Below are positions 61,529 to 61,982 of a stretch of DNA of 61,982 bases, in pieces. Source of the stretch: Scyliorhinus canicula (Eukaryota); the NCBI RefSeq assembly GCF_902713615.1, contig NC_052146.1, positions 69,397,238 through 69,459,219 of the forward strand, read 5' to 3'. Positions within the stretch are counted from its first letter, which is position 1. Each line of letters starts with the position of its first letter. The notes beneath the pieces were generated by a model. It was not told the origin of the DNA, did not search any database, and saw nothing but the letters and a program-made list of their open reading frames with translations. The position numbers were made by a program, and so were the translations under genes.

Positions 61529-61752
61529 GGGGCAGCACGGTGGCCTAGTGGTTAGCACAACCGCCTCACGGCGCTGAGGTCCCAGGTTCGATCCCGGCTC
61601 TGGGTCACTGTCCGTGTGGAGTTTGCACATTCTCCCCGTGTCTGCGTGGGTTTCGCCCCCACAACCCAAAAATGTGCAGAGTAGGTGTATTGGCCATGCT
61701 AAATTGCCCCTTAATTGGAAAAAATAATTGGATAATCTAAATTTAAAAAAAA
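61529..61752 (+). mobile_element. Young A-tailed SINE with 15-bp TSD, inserted in an older SINE
   Basis: TSD aactattgtcgattg (61514-61528, 61753-61767) and poly(A) tail. The host SINE starts at about 61363. Confidence 0.92.
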
Positions 61753-61982
61753 AACTATTGTCGATTGTCCTAAGAACCCATCTGGCTCACTAATGTCATA
61801 GAATCATAGAATTTGCAATGCCTTTTGGGAAGGAAATCTTCGGCCTTACCTGGTCTGGCCTATATGTGACTCCAAACCTACAGCCAGGTGGTTGATGCTT
61901 AACTGCCCCCCCCCTTAAGGGGCTGGTTTAGTACTGGTCTGGTCTGGCCTATATGTGACTCCAAACCTACAGCCAGGTGGTT

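Overview
Repeat-dense vertebrate DNA, most likely a cartilaginous fish. The species is an inference from shark-type tRNA-derived SINEs, CR1, L1, Rex1/Babar and RTE LINEs, Gypsy and Harbinger elements, and a clustered immunoglobulin gene. The only host gene I can support is a complete, apparently intact, non-joined immunoglobulin light-chain cluster on the minus strand (about 46.5-51.7 kb). It has an octamer/TATA promoter, leader exon, V exon with a 23-RSS, J with a 12-RSS, C exon and polyA signal. This lambda-type cluster can rearrange, whereas classical shark lambda genes are germline-joined, so it is a candidate lambda-2-like isotype. Its leader intron holds an antisense minimal hammerhead-ribozyme motif of Penelope-like type. 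The rest of the window contains: a 6.4-kb 27-bp satellite; a 5.7-kb GA/GT low-complexity array; a full-length decayed Gypsy whose primer-binding position pairs with its own LTR instead of a tRNA; a nest of Gypsy, solo LTR and L1-in-L1; a decayed Harbinger transposon with three related MITEs; and many SINE/LINE fragments. Family and isotype names come from recognised motifs, not database searches. The edges of old repeats are approximate.
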